NCBI RefSeq assembly: GCF_964019745.1
Contig: NZ_OZ026462.1
Coordinates: 120,001-152,000, forward strand
Reading direction: 5' to 3'
From: Candidatus Saccharimonadota bacterium
GTDB taxonomy: Bacteria; Pseudomonadota; Gammaproteobacteria; Burkholderiales; Burkholderiaceae
Length of the DNA stretch: 32,000 nucleotides
Shown here: piece by piece, positions 1 to 10,089 of the stretch
Layout: each line of letters starts with the position of its first letter
How positions within the stretch are numbered: the first letter of the stretch is position 1
The notes under the pieces: generated by a model
Database searches by the model: none
Told to the model about the DNA's origin: nothing
The model's input: only the letters and a program-made list of their open reading frames with translations
Translations under genes and position numbers: made by a program

Positions 1-59
1 TTAATACCTTCAATAGTTTTAGGAGGGAAAAATTCCACACTAAATTTTTTTAATAACAT
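1..59 (-). CDS. metF: 5,10-methylenetetrahydrofolate reductase, N-terminal fragment (the gene runs off the left edge of the window)
   Basis: The reverse complement of 59..1 reads ATG then MLLKKFSVEFFPPKTIEGI. S-x-EFFPPKT-x-EG is the conserved N-terminal MetF motif. Only 19 codons are visible. Confidence 0.55.
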   Translation of the reverse strand, partial: MLLKKFSVEFFPPKTIEGI

Positions 60-221
60 ATTTAATGTGTATAAAATAATAAAAATTATTTATATTTTTT
101 TTAAATTTTAATAAATTTAAATAATACTACAAAAAATATATAAAATATAAAATTTATTTTTTTTTATTAATAATAATTAAATTCTTATAAAAAAAATAAT
201 ATATAAAAAATAAATATAAAT

Positions 222-1094
222 ATGTTTAAAAATATATTTTTAAAATATTTTTCTTTAACAAAACCAAAAATTACATTTTTAGTTATTTTTTGTACTGTTA
301 TAAGTATGTTTCTAGCTATAAATAAACATTTTTATTTAAAAAAAATAATATTTTCTACCATAGGAATATGGTTAATATCAAGCTCAGCATTTATAATTAA
401 TTGTTTAATAGAAAAAAAAAGAGATATTTTAATGAAAAGAACTCAAAATAGAGCAACAGCTAAAAATAAAATAAATATTTATATAATTTTATTAATTTTT
501 AGTATATTTAATTTATCAGGAATATATTTTTTATATACTTTTGTTAATAAATTAACAATGTGGTTAACTATAATAACATTTATAGGATATTCTATAATAT
601 ATACAATATTTATAAAACCTTTTACATCATATAATATAATAATAGGAGGTTTACCAGGAGCTTTACCACCAATATTAGGATGGGCAACTATAAAAAATAC
701 AATTTTTTCAATAAAACCTTGGATACTTGTATTAATAATTTTTTTTTGGACACCACCACATTTTTGGTCATTAGCTATGTTTTATAAAAAAGATTATATA
801 AAATCAAAATTACCAATACTTCCAATAACTCATGGAGAAAAATTTACAAAAATTAATATTTTTATATATACTATTATAGTATTTATAATTTCACTAATAC
901 CATTTTTTATTAAAATGAGTGGTTATATATACATATATATAACAATATTATTAAATTTAATTTTTATAAAATATTCATGGAATTTATTTTATAAATATAC
1001 AAATTATATTACATTAAAAACATTTAAATATTCAATATATTATTTATTTTTAATGTTTATTACATTATTAATAGATCATTATTATTTTTTTTAA
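222..1094 (+). CDS. ctaB: Protoheme IX farnesyltransferase (heme O synthase, UbiA prenyltransferase family; CtaB/CyoE)
   Basis: 290-aa polytopic membrane ORF. It has the Asp-rich UbiA-type motif NCLIEKKRDILMKRTQNRA and the heme O synthase hallmark FFWTPPHFWSLAM. Confidence 0.9.
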   Translation: MFKNIFLKYFSLTKPKITFLVIFCTVISMFLAINKHFYLKKIIFSTIGIWLISSSAFIINCLIEKKRDILMKRTQNRATAKNKINIYIILLIFSIFNLSGIYFLYTFVNKLTMWLTIITFIGYSIIYTIFIKPFTSYNIIIGGLPGALPPILGWATIKNTIFSIKPWILVLIIFFWTPPHFWSLAMFYKKDYIKSKLPILPITHGEKFTKINIFIYTIIVFIISLIPFFIKMSGYIYIYITILLNLIFIKYSWNLFYKYTNYITLKTFKYSIYYLFLMFITLLIDHYYFF

Positions 1095-1100
1095 AAAAAA

Positions 1101-2489
1101 TTATTTTTTTTTAATCATTTTTTTAAAATTAATCCATTTTTCAAATTGTTCTTCTGAAATATAACCTAATTCTAAAGCTGATTTTTTTAAAGTAATATTT
1201 TTATTATAAGCATTTTTAGCTATTTTAGCAGCTTTATCATAACCTATATAAGGAGTTAAAGCTGTAACTAACATCAAAGAATTTTTTAATAAAAAATTTA
1301 TTCTTTTAAAATTTGCTTTTATACCTTTAATACAAAATTTTTCAAAATTAATCATACCATCAGTAAGTAAACGAATACTTTGTAAAAAATTATAAATAAT
1401 TAACGGTTTAAAAACATTTAATTGAAAATTCCCAGAAAATCCTCCTATATTTATAGAAACATCATTACCAAAAATTTGTGCACATAACATAGTTATAACT
1501 TCACATTGTGTAGGATTAATTTTTCCTGGCATTATTGAACTTCCAGGTTCATTTTCAGGAATTATAATTTCTCCTAATCCACATCTAGGTCCAGAAGAAA
1601 GCCATCTTATATCATTAGCAATTTTCATTAAAGTAGAAGATAAAGTTTTTAATACACCATGTGAAAAAACTAAAATATCATGATTTGATAAGGAAGAAAA
1701 TTTATTAGAAGAAATTTTAAATTTACATTTATAAAAAGAATTTAATTCTTTTACTACTAATTTATCAAAATTAATATGAGTATTAAAACCAGTACCTACA
1801 GCAGTTCCACCAATAGCTAATTCTTTAATACCTTCTAACATAAAAATAATAGATGATTTAACGTATTCTAATTGACTAACATATGCAGAAAATTCCTGTC
1901 CTAATGTTAAAGGTATAGCATCTTGTAAATGAGTTCTACCAATTTTTATAATATCTTTAAATTCTTCTGACTTTAATTTTAAAGAAAAAATTAATTTTTC
2001 TAAAGAAGGAATTAATTTTTTTTTAATAAATTCAAAAGAAGATATATGCATAGCAGTTGGAAAAACATCATTAGAAGATTGACCTTTATTAACATCATCA
2101 TTAGGATGTATTAAACGATTTTTTCCTAATTCCCCTCCTAAAATTTTAGATCCTAAATTTGCTAATACTTCATTAACATTCATATTACTTTGTGTTCCAG
2201 AACCTGTTTGCCAAACTAATAAAGGAAATTCATCTTTATATTTTCCTAAAATAATTTCATCAGCAGCTTTAATAATTGCTGAACTTTTTTTTTTATCAAT
2301 TAATCCTAAAGTAAAATTTACTTTTGCACAAGATCTTTTAATAACAATTAAAGCTTTAATAACTTCACTAGGCATACGTTCAAAAGAAATTTTGAAATAT
2401 TTTAAAGATCTTTGAGTTTGAGCCCCCCATAATCTTTTAAAAGGAACATTTAAACAACCAATTGAATCACATTCAATTCTAAATTTCAT
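1101..2489 (-). CDS. fumC: Class II fumarate hydratase
   Basis: 462 aa. The N-terminus has E-x-DS-x-G ... [13 protein letters not shown], and the fumarate-lyase signature [15 protein letters not shown] is present. Length is typical of FumC. Confidence 0.9.
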   Translation of the reverse strand: MKFRIECDSIGCLNVPFKRLWGAQTQRSLKYFKISFERMPSEVIKALIVIKRSCAKVNFTLGLIDKKKSSAIIKAADEIILGKYKDEFPLLVWQTGSGTQSNMNVNEVLANLGSKILGGELGKNRLIHPNDDVNKGQSSNDVFPTAMHISSFEFIKKKLIPSLEKLIFSLKLKSEEFKDIIKIGRTHLQDAIPLTLGQEFSAYVSQLEYVKSSIIFMLEGIKELAIGGTAVGTGFNTHINFDKLVVKELNSFYKCKFKISSNKFSSLSNHDILVFSHGVLKTLSSTLMKIANDIRWLSSGPRCGLGEIIIPENEPGSSIMPGKINPTQCEVITMLCAQIFGNDVSINIGGFSGNFQLNVFKPLIIYNFLQSIRLLTDGMINFEKFCIKGIKANFKRINFLLKNSLMLVTALTPYIGYDKAAKIAKNAYNKNITLKKSALELGYISEEQFEKWINFKKMIKKK

Positions 2490-2517
2490 AATTTATATAA
2501 AATAAAAAATATATATT

Positions 2518-2892
2518 TTAAAAAAAATGTTTTTTTTTATAAAAAATCTTCTCTTTTATACGTGCTGATTTACCAAATTTTTTTCTCATATAATATAATT
2601 TTGCACGTCTTACACTACCTCTACGTTTAATTTTTATATTATAAATTAAAGGAGAATATAATTGAAAAGTACGTTCTATTCCTTCACCATAAGAAACTTT
2701 TCTTACAATAAAACTAGAATTAAAACCTCTATTACGTTTAGCAATAACTATACCTTCATATAATTGAATTCTTTTTCTATTACCTTCTATAACATTTATA
2801 CTTACTATTATTGTATCACCTGAATTAAAATATGGAATATTTTTATTCATTTTAATAATTTCTTCTTTTTCTAAAATATCTATTAAATTCAT
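2518..2892 (-). CDS. rplS: 50S ribosomal protein L19
   Basis: 124 aa with [35 protein letters not shown] ... RRAKLYYMR, a typical L19 sequence. Confidence 0.95.
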   Translation of the reverse strand: MNLIDILEKEEIIKMNKNIPYFNSGDTIIVSINVIEGNRKRIQLYEGIVIAKRNRGFNSSFIVRKVSYGEGIERTFQLYSPLIYNIKIKRRGSVRRAKLYYMRKKFGKSARIKEKIFYKKKHFF

Positions 2893-2986
2893 TTTTATAT
2901 TAAAAATTTTTTTTAAAATTTTAAAAATAAATATAATTTAATTAATAATTTTTATAAAATATATATATAAAAAATATTTTTTAAAA

Positions 2987-3235
2987 TTATAATATATTAA
3001 AATGTTTTATTAAACGATTAACAGTATTTGATAATTGAGCACCTAAATTTTTCCAAAAAATTAAACGTTTTTTAAAAATATAAAATTTTTTTTTTTTATT
3101 ATATAAAATACATGGATTATAAAAACCAATTTTTTCTAAAAATTTACCATTTCTTGGACTTTTTGAATCAGCAACAATAATACTAAAAAAAGGACGTTTT
3201 TTAACACCTTTACGAGATAAACGTATAATAACCAT
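2987..3235 (-). CDS. rpsP: 30S ribosomal protein S16
   Basis: 82 aa starting MVIIRLSRKGVKKRPFFSIIVADSKSPRNGKFLEKIGFYNP, the canonical S16 N-terminus. Confidence 0.95.
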   Translation of the reverse strand: MVIIRLSRKGVKKRPFFSIIVADSKSPRNGKFLEKIGFYNPCILYNKKKKFYIFKKRLIFWKNLGAQLSNTVNRLIKHFNIL

Positions 3236-3417
3236 AATTATATATTTTTCAAAAATTATTTTAAAAAAATATTTATATATTTATAATAATATATATTATT
3301 TATATATAATAAAAAAATAAAATATATATAATATATATTATTTTATATATTATTATAAATAATATATATTTAATATATATTAAAATTTAAAAATAATATT
3401 ATTAATATTTATAAAAT

Positions 3418-3555
3418 ATGAAAAGAACTTATCAACCATCTAAAATAAAACGTAAAAGAACTCATGGATTTAGAAAAAGAATGTCAACTAAAAATGGTAA
3501 AAATATTTTAAATTCAAGAAGATTAAAAAAAAGAAAATTTTTAATTAATTTATAA
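3418..3555 (+). CDS. rpmH: 50S ribosomal protein L34
   Basis: Hand translation gives [45 protein letters not shown] (45 aa), the canonical L34 sequence. It is too short for the supplied ORF track. Confidence 0.95.
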   Translation: MKRTYQPSKIKRKRTHGFRKRMSTKNGKNILNSRRLKKRKFLINL

Positions 3556-3569
3556 TTTTTATAAAATTT

Positions 3570-3886
3570 ATGAAAAAAAAAAGTTATATAATAAATAATT
3601 TTATTATTTTTTTTTTTTTAAAAAAAAAAAAAAAATAATTATTAATATTTCTAAAAAAATAATTAAAAAATCTACAAAAAGAAATGCTATAAAAAGAATA
3701 ATTAAAGAACATTTAAAATTTTTTTTTTTTAAAAAAAATATAATTATAAAATTATTTAAAATAAATAATATTTTTGATACTAATAATAATATTATTAAAA
3801 ATAATATTAAAAAAAAAATAAAAATTTTAATTATTTTTTTAAAAAAAAAAAAAATTATAAGCAATTTATTTATTAAAAATAAATAA
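3570..3886 (+). CDS. rnpA: RNase P protein component, with its reading frame interrupted inside a T13/A16 homopolymer pair
   Basis: It sits in the conserved position between rpmH and yidC. The ATG at 3570 opens MKKKSYIINNFIIFFFLKKKKK and hits TAA at 3636. The -1 frame continues from the A-run as IIINISKKIIKKSTKRNAIKRIIKEHLKFFFFKKN... to TAA at 3884-3886. KK-x-x-K-x-x-x-KRNAIKR-x-IKE is the RnpA 'RNR' motif. The downstream frame has no ATG. Confidence 0.65.
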
Positions 3887-3925
3887 AATTTTTTATATTA
3901 TATAATATATATTTTATATTAATTT

Positions 3926-5458
3926 ATGAGAAAAAATAAAATTATAATAATTTTAAGTATTATATATATAATATTTAATTTTAATTATATTCATAATAAA
4001 AATATTTTTTTAAAAAATAAATATTTTTATTTAGAAAAAAATAATATAGATAAAAAATTAAATATTTTAAAAAAAAATACTAATAATATTACAATAATTA
4101 CCAATTTAATGAAAATTACTTTAAATAAAATTGGTGGAGATATTTCAAAAATAGAATTATTAAAATTTAAAAATAATTTTAAAAAAAATAAAAATCTTTT
4201 TTTATTTAAAAATAATAATAAAAATATTTATAAATTACAAACTGGGTTTATTAACAAAAAATTTCCTAATAATAAAACACATTATATATTAAAAAATGTT
4301 ATTAAAAAAAAAAATAAAATAAAAGTAATTTTATCTTCAAAAAATAAAAAAATTAAATTTTTAAAAATTTTTACATTTAAAAATAATAGTTATTATATAA
4401 AAATAAAATTTAATTTATTTAATAATAATTCTAAAATAATTAATCCAAAAATATATTTAAAAATATTACATGATAATAATAAATCTTTAGAAGAAACAAA
4501 ATTTTATAAACCTTTTACTGGTTTTGGAGTATATACAAATAATAAAAAATTTCAAAAAATTAATCTTAACACAATTAATAATAAAAATGGTAAAAATTAT
4601 ATAGTTTCTCATGAAGGATGGATAGCATTTATACAACATTACTTTACATCTGTTTTAATAATGCCTAAAAATTCAATAAATTCATTTTATACAAAAAAAA
4701 TTAATAATAATTTATATGCAATAGGAAATATATTAAAAATAAAAAATATTTTACCTAAACACTCTTTAAATATAACTTTTGGTTTATATTCAGGTCCACA
4801 AAATTTAAATTTTTTAAAAAAAATAAACAATAGTTTAGAATTAATAAAAAATTATGGAAAATTATTATTTTTTATAAAACCTATATATTGGTTATTAATA
4901 AAAATACATACAATTATTAATAATTGGGGATGGAATATAATATTATTAACAATAGTTATTAAAATAATTTTTCTACCAATAACAATATATGTACAAGAAA
5001 AATTTAATAAATTTAATTTATTTTTTAAAAATAAAAAAAATATTAATCAAATTCAACTTAATAATAATTATATAAAAAAAAAAATTAATAATTTATATAA
5101 AAAAGAAAAGATAAGTTTTATTATTAGTATATTCTTTATAATTATTCAATTACCATTTTATTTATCTTTATTTACAGTTTTATCTAACTCAATAGAATTT
5201 AGAAATGCACATTGGATATTTTGGATAAAAGATTTATCTTTACCAGATACATATTTTATATTACCAATTATAATGAGTATTACTTCTCTTTTACAATCAA
5301 ATTTAAATTTTAAAAATAAAAATTCTATAAATATTTCATCAATATTAATTGCAATAAGTTTTATTTTAATATTTTCACATATGCCTTCTAGTATAGTATT
5401 ATATTGGATAACAAATAATTTTTTATCTATTTTACAACAAATAATTTTATTAAAATAA
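3926..5458 (+). CDS. yidC: Membrane protein insertase YidC
   Basis: 510 aa, with an N-terminal TM segment, a long K/N-rich periplasmic-type domain, and a C-terminal 60-kDa-IMP core (WGWNIILLTIVIKIIFLPITIYVQEKF ... multiple TMs). It follows rnpA in conserved synteny. Confidence 0.85.
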   Translation: MRKNKIIIILSIIYIIFNFNYIHNKNIFLKNKYFYLEKNNIDKKLNILKKNTNNITIITNLMKITLNKIGGDISKIELLKFKNNFKKNKNLFLFKNNNKNIYKLQTGFINKKFPNNKTHYILKNVIKKKNKIKVILSSKNKKIKFLKIFTFKNNSYYIKIKFNLFNNNSKIINPKIYLKILHDNNKSLEETKFYKPFTGFGVYTNNKKFQKINLNTINNKNGKNYIVSHEGWIAFIQHYFTSVLIMPKNSINSFYTKKINNNLYAIGNILKIKNILPKHSLNITFGLYSGPQNLNFLKKINNSLELIKNYGKLLFFIKPIYWLLIKIHTIINNWGWNIILLTIVIKIIFLPITIYVQEKFNKFNLFFKNKKNINQIQLNNNYIKKKINNLYKKEKISFIISIFFIIIQLPFYLSLFTVLSNSIEFRNAHWIFWIKDLSLPDTYFILPIIMSITSLLQSNLNFKNKNSINISSILIAISFILIFSHMPSSIVLYWITNNFLSILQQIILLK

Positions 5459-5461
5459 AAT

Positions 5462-6868
5462 ATGAACTTATATTCTCATCCTATAATAGCAATTTCAACA
5501 TCTTTAAATAAAAGTGCTATTGGGATAATAAGAATATCTGGAGAAAATTTATGGATTATAATAAATAAAATTTGTAATAAAAATAAAAATAATTTAAAAC
5601 CACGATATGCAACTTATACAAGTTTTAAAAATATTAAAGGAAATATTATAGATTATGGATTAATTATATATTTTAAAGCTCCTAATTCATATACAGGAGA
5701 AAATTTATTAGAAATTCATTCACATGGAAATCCTATTATTATGAATAGGATATTTTCTAATTGTTTAAAAATTGGAAAAATAATAAATTTAAAAATTGCA
5801 AAACCTGGTGAATTTACACAAAGAGCTTTTTTAAATAAAAAAATAGATTTAATACAAGCAGAAGCTATTGCTGATTTAATAAAAGCTTCTACAAAAAAAG
5901 CAGCAAAATTTGCTATTAATTCATTAAAAGGAAAATTATCATTTTTAATAAATAATATTGAAAAAAAAATTAAAAAATTAAGAATTTTTATAGAAGCATA
6001 TTTAAATTTTCCAGAAGAAATTATTATAAAAAATAAAAATATTAATATATATAAAAAATTAATAAAAATTAAAAAAAAATTAAAACAAATATCTTTAAAT
6101 ATTTCAAAAAAAATTATTTTTAATAATGGTATAAATACATTAATTATTGGAAAACCTAATGTAGGTAAATCATCATTATTAAATATTTTATCTAATACTA
6201 AAACAGCTATAGTAACAAATATTGCAGGTACTACTAGAGATAAATTAATAACAAAAATAGAAATAAAAGGAATAATATTTAATATTATAGATACTGCTGG
6301 TATTAAAAATATAAATAAAAAAAATTTAAAAATTAATATTATTGAAAAAATAGGTATAAAAAAAACTTTAAATGAAATTAAAAATTCAAATATAATTTTA
6401 TATGTTTTTGATATTTGTAAAGGTATTTCTAAAGAAGATAAAAAAAATATTAAAAAAATACCTAAAAATATTAAAAAAATTTTTATTTGGAATAAAATAG
6501 ATATTTTAAATAATAAATTACAAATAAAAAAAAATATAAATAATATTCATATTTTTTTATCAGCAAAAAAAAATATTGGAATAAATTTTTTAAAAAAAAA
6601 ATTAAAAAATAATATAAATTATAATATATATTCAAAACAAAAATATATGATTAATAAAAAACAATTAATAATTTTTAAAAAAATTAAAAAACATTTAAAA
6701 AAAGCTATTTTTTATTCTTATGATAAAAAAAAAAAAAATATAAATATTAATGATTTTTTAGCAGAAGAATTAAAAATAATTCAAAATAAATTAAATAAAA
6801 TTACAGGTAAAAAACATTCAAAAAAAATCTTAAAAAATATTTTTTCAAAATTTTGTATAGGAAAATAA
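5462..6868 (+). CDS. mnmE: tRNA uridine-5-carboxymethylaminomethyl synthesis GTPase MnmE (TrmE)
   Basis: 468 aa with the G1 motif GKPNVGKSSLLN, the G3 motif DTAGI and the diagnostic C-terminal FCIGK. Confidence 0.9.
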   Translation: MNLYSHPIIAISTSLNKSAIGIIRISGENLWIIINKICNKNKNNLKPRYATYTSFKNIKGNIIDYGLIIYFKAPNSYTGENLLEIHSHGNPIIMNRIFSNCLKIGKIINLKIAKPGEFTQRAFLNKKIDLIQAEAIADLIKASTKKAAKFAINSLKGKLSFLINNIEKKIKKLRIFIEAYLNFPEEIIIKNKNINIYKKLIKIKKKLKQISLNISKKIIFNNGINTLIIGKPNVGKSSLLNILSNTKTAIVTNIAGTTRDKLITKIEIKGIIFNIIDTAGIKNINKKNLKINIIEKIGIKKTLNEIKNSNIILYVFDICKGISKEDKKNIKKIPKNIKKIFIWNKIDILNNKLQIKKNINNIHIFLSAKKNIGINFLKKKLKNNINYNIYSKQKYMINKKQLIIFKKIKKHLKKAIFYSYDKKKKNININDFLAEELKIIQNKLNKITGKKHSKKILKNIFSKFCIGK

Positions 6869-6890
6869 TATTTTTAAAAAAAATAAATAA

Positions 6891-8783
6891 ATGTTATTAA
6901 CAGATATATTTGATGTAATTGTTGTAGGTGGTGGACATGCTGGTATTGAAGCAGCATCAGTTGCATCAAGAATGAAATCTAAAACTCTTCTTTTAACAGA
7001 TAATATTGATACAATTGGACAAATGTCTTGTAATCCTTCTATAGGAGGAATAGGAAAAGGACATTTAGTTAAAGAAATTGATGCTATGGGAGGAATTATG
7101 CCTATTATAACAGATAAAGCAGGAATACATTTTAAAACATTAAATACTTCAAAAGGAGCAGCGGTTCAATCCACTAGAGTACAAGTAGATAAAATCTTAT
7201 ATAAAATTTTTATAAGACAAACATTAGAAAAAGAAAAAAATCTTTTAATTTTTCAAGAAACAATTGATAATATTAAAATTAAAAATAATAAAATTATTGG
7301 AGTAATTACTCAATCTGGACTTTTATTAAAATGTAAATCAGTAATATTAACTACTGGAACTTTTTTAAATGGAAAAATTCATATAGGTTCATATAATTAT
7401 AAATCTGGACGTTTAGGTGAAAAATCTTCTATAAATTTATCAAAAAATTTAAATGAATTAAATATTCCTAAAAAAAGATTAAAAACAGGAACACCACCAA
7501 GAATTGATGCAAGAAGTATAAATTTTTTAAAGTTAAAAAAACATAAAGGTGATAAAAATCCTATACCATTTTTTTCTATTATGAGTAATAATGAAAAAAA
7601 TAAAAAACAAAAAAATTGTTGGATAACTAAAACTAACAATAATACACGTGAAATAATTATAAAAAATATTAAAAAAAATCCAATGTATTCAGGGATAATT
7701 AAAGGAATAGGCCCTAGATATTGTCCTTCTATAGAAGAAAAATTTTTAAAATTTCCAGAAAAAAAATCACATAAAATTTATTTAGAAATGGAAAGTTCAA
7801 AAAATAATGAAATTTATCCTAATGGAATTTCTACTAGTTTTTCTTTTGAAATTCAATTAAAAATTTTACATTCTATAAAAGGTTTAGAAAATGCTCATAT
7901 TTTAAGACCTGGATATGCTATAGAATATGATTGTTTTGATCCTAAATTTTTAAAATTAACTTTAGAAACAAAAGAAATTTCAGGTTTATATTTTGCAGGA
8001 CAAATAAATGGAACTACTGGTTATGAAGAAGCAGCTTCACAAGGTTTATTAGCAGGGATAAATGCTTCTTTAAATGCATCTTATAAAGAACAATGGTTTC
8101 CTAAAAGAAATGAAGCATATTTAGGAGTATTAATAGATGATTTAACAACACAAAGTATTAATGAACCTTATAGAATGTTTACTAGTAGAGCTGAATATAG
8201 ATTATATTTAAGAGAAGATAATGCAGATTATCGTTTAACAAAAATTGCAAAAAGTTTAGGTTGTATAAAAAAAAAACAATGGCAACTTTTTAAAAAAAAA
8301 AAAAAAATAATTAATAATGAAATTAAAAGATTAAAAACAATATGGATAAATCCAAAAATTATTAAAAAAAAAGAAATTAAAAGAATTTTATTAAAATCTA
8401 TAAAAAAAGAATATAATTTTTATAATTTATTAAAAAGACCATATATAACTTATGAAAAATTATTATCTATGTTAGATATTAATAATAAATTAATTACTAA
8501 TTATAAAATAACTAATAAAAAAATTTCTAAAGAAATAAATATAAAAATAAAATATGAAGGATATATTAAAAAAGAATATAAAAATATTATTAATCATAAT
8601 AAATACGAAAATATAAAATTACCATATAATTTTAATTATATGAATATTAAAACATTATCTAATGAAGCAAAAGAAAAACTTAATAAATATAAACCAAAAA
8701 CAATTGGTCAAGCTTCTAAAATTTCTGGTATAACTTTTTCATCAATATCAATATTAATAATATTATTTAAATATAAAAAATAA
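6891..8783 (+). CDS. mnmG: tRNA uridine-5-carboxymethylaminomethyl synthesis enzyme MnmG (GidA)
   Basis: 630 aa with an N-terminal FAD fold ([15 protein letters not shown]), plus [11 protein letters not shown] and GYAIEYD motifs typical of GidA. Confidence 0.95.
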   Translation: MLLTDIFDVIVVGGGHAGIEAASVASRMKSKTLLLTDNIDTIGQMSCNPSIGGIGKGHLVKEIDAMGGIMPIITDKAGIHFKTLNTSKGAAVQSTRVQVDKILYKIFIRQTLEKEKNLLIFQETIDNIKIKNNKIIGVITQSGLLLKCKSVILTTGTFLNGKIHIGSYNYKSGRLGEKSSINLSKNLNELNIPKKRLKTGTPPRIDARSINFLKLKKHKGDKNPIPFFSIMSNNEKNKKQKNCWITKTNNNTREIIIKNIKKNPMYSGIIKGIGPRYCPSIEEKFLKFPEKKSHKIYLEMESSKNNEIYPNGISTSFSFEIQLKILHSIKGLENAHILRPGYAIEYDCFDPKFLKLTLETKEISGLYFAGQINGTTGYEEAASQGLLAGINASLNASYKEQWFPKRNEAYLGVLIDDLTTQSINEPYRMFTSRAEYRLYLREDNADYRLTKIAKSLGCIKKKQWQLFKKKKKIINNEIKRLKTIWINPKIIKKKEIKRILLKSIKKEYNFYNLLKRPYITYEKLLSMLDINNKLITNYKITNKKISKEINIKIKYEGYIKKEYKNIINHNKYENIKLPYNFNYMNIKTLSNEAKEKLNKYKPKTIGQASKISGITFSSISILIILFKYKK

Positions 8784-8793
8784 TTATTTTTAT

Positions 8794-9437
8794 ATGAAAT
8801 ATATAAGTGATATATTAAAAAAAAATTCTAAAAAAATAGGAGTTTTTTTAAAAAAAAATCAAATTAAAAAAATATTAAAATTTATTTTTTTAATAAAAAA
8901 ATGGAATAAAATTTATAATTTAACTTCTATAAAAACATCTAAAAAAATTATTTTTTTTCATATTTTAGATTCTTTAACAATTATAAAATATTTAAAAAAT
9001 AAAAATTATATTTTAGATGTTGGTTCAGGTGTAGGATTACCTGGAATAATAATTGCTATTTTATTAGAAAAAATATCTCCTAAAACTAAAATACATTTAA
9101 TAGATTCAAAAAATAAAAAAATAATATTTTTAAATCAAGTAAAAATAGAATTAAATTTAAAAAATATATCTATATTTTTAACAAGAGTAGAAAATTTTAA
9201 AAAAAAAAATTTTACGATATAATTATATCAAGAAGTTTAACAAATATAAAACAATTTATTAAATGGGCAAAACATTTATTAAAATTTAATGGATTTTTTT
9301 TTGCTATGAAAACAATAATTTCAAAAAAAGAAATTAATAATATACCTAAAAAATGGACAATTATAAAAAAAATATTTTTTAAAATTCCTAAAATTAAAAA
9401 AAAACATTTTTTAATAATAATTTCAAAAAAAAAATAA
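8794..9437 (+). CDS. rsmG: 16S rRNA (guanine527-N7)-methyltransferase RsmG (GidB), interrupted by a frame change in an A11 tract
   Basis: The tracked ORF 8794-9222 carries WNKIYNLTS ... HILDS ... LDVGSGVGLPGIIIAI ... LIDS-x-x-KK-x-x-FL and stops at TAA 9220-9222. The -1 frame continues from the A-run (9199-9209) as FYDIIISRSLTNIKQFIKWAKHLLKFNGFFFAMK... to TAA 9435-9437. This matches the conserved RsmG C-terminal half (FD-x-V-x-SRA ... G ... KG). Confidence 0.8.
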
Positions 9438-9442
9438 TTAAT

Positions 9443-10081
9443 ATGTTTAATATAAATATAATTGATAAAGGTAAAGAAGATTATAAAATAACATTTAAAA
9501 AAATGATTAATTTTATTAAAAAAAGAAATAAAAATACTATTAATGAAATATGGATTGTTGAACATAATCCATGTTTTACATTAGGTTTAAATGCAAATAT
9601 AAAAAATATTATTAATGCACATAATATTCCAATTATTAAAACAGATAGAGGAGGAGATGTAACTTATCATGGACCAGGTCAAATAGTAATTTACTTTTTA
9701 TTAAATTTATTTAAAAAAATTATTAAAAATAAATTTTATTTATTTAAATTTATTAATATTTTAGAAAATTCTATTATTGATACATTAAAAATGTATAACA
9801 TAAATAGTAAAAAAAAAAAAAAACCTGGAATTTATATAAGTAATGGTTTTTGGAAAAATGCAAAAATTGCTTTTTTAGGTTTAAAAATAACTAAAAAATA
9901 TTATACATATCATGGTATTTCTTTAAATATAAATATGAATTTAAAACCTTTTGAATATATTTATCCATGTGGATGTAAAAATATTAAAATTGTAGATATA
10001 AAAACTTTAAATTCTAAAATTTCTAAAAAAAATATAAAAAAAAATTTTATTAAAAAAATAATTTATTATTTAAATAAATAA
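9443..10081 (+). CDS. lipB: Octanoyltransferase (lipoate-protein ligase B)
   Basis: 212 aa with VEHNPCFTLG, the RGGDVTYHGPGQIVIY motif and the catalytic-Cys context YPCG. Confidence 0.9.
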   Translation: MFNINIIDKGKEDYKITFKKMINFIKKRNKNTINEIWIVEHNPCFTLGLNANIKNIINAHNIPIIKTDRGGDVTYHGPGQIVIYFLLNLFKKIIKNKFYLFKFINILENSIIDTLKMYNINSKKKKKPGIYISNGFWKNAKIAFLGLKITKKYYTYHGISLNINMNLKPFEYIYPCGCKNIKIVDIKTLNSKISKKNIKKNFIKKIIYYLNK

Positions 10082-10089
10082 ATTATATT

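Noticed and set aside
3604-3864. 86-aa F/I/L/K-rich ORF on the minus strand
   Set aside because: It is antisense to rnpA. Its low-complexity composition comes from poly(A)/poly(T) runs. The conserved rpmH-rnpA-yidC synteny explains this interval.
7397-7639. 80-aa ORF on the minus strand
   Set aside because: It is antisense to, and internal to, the well-conserved mnmG gene. It has no recognisable motif.
9212-9565. 117-aa ORF on the minus strand
   Set aside because: It is antisense to the C-terminal half of rsmG and the start of lipB. Both sense-strand readings match conserved families.
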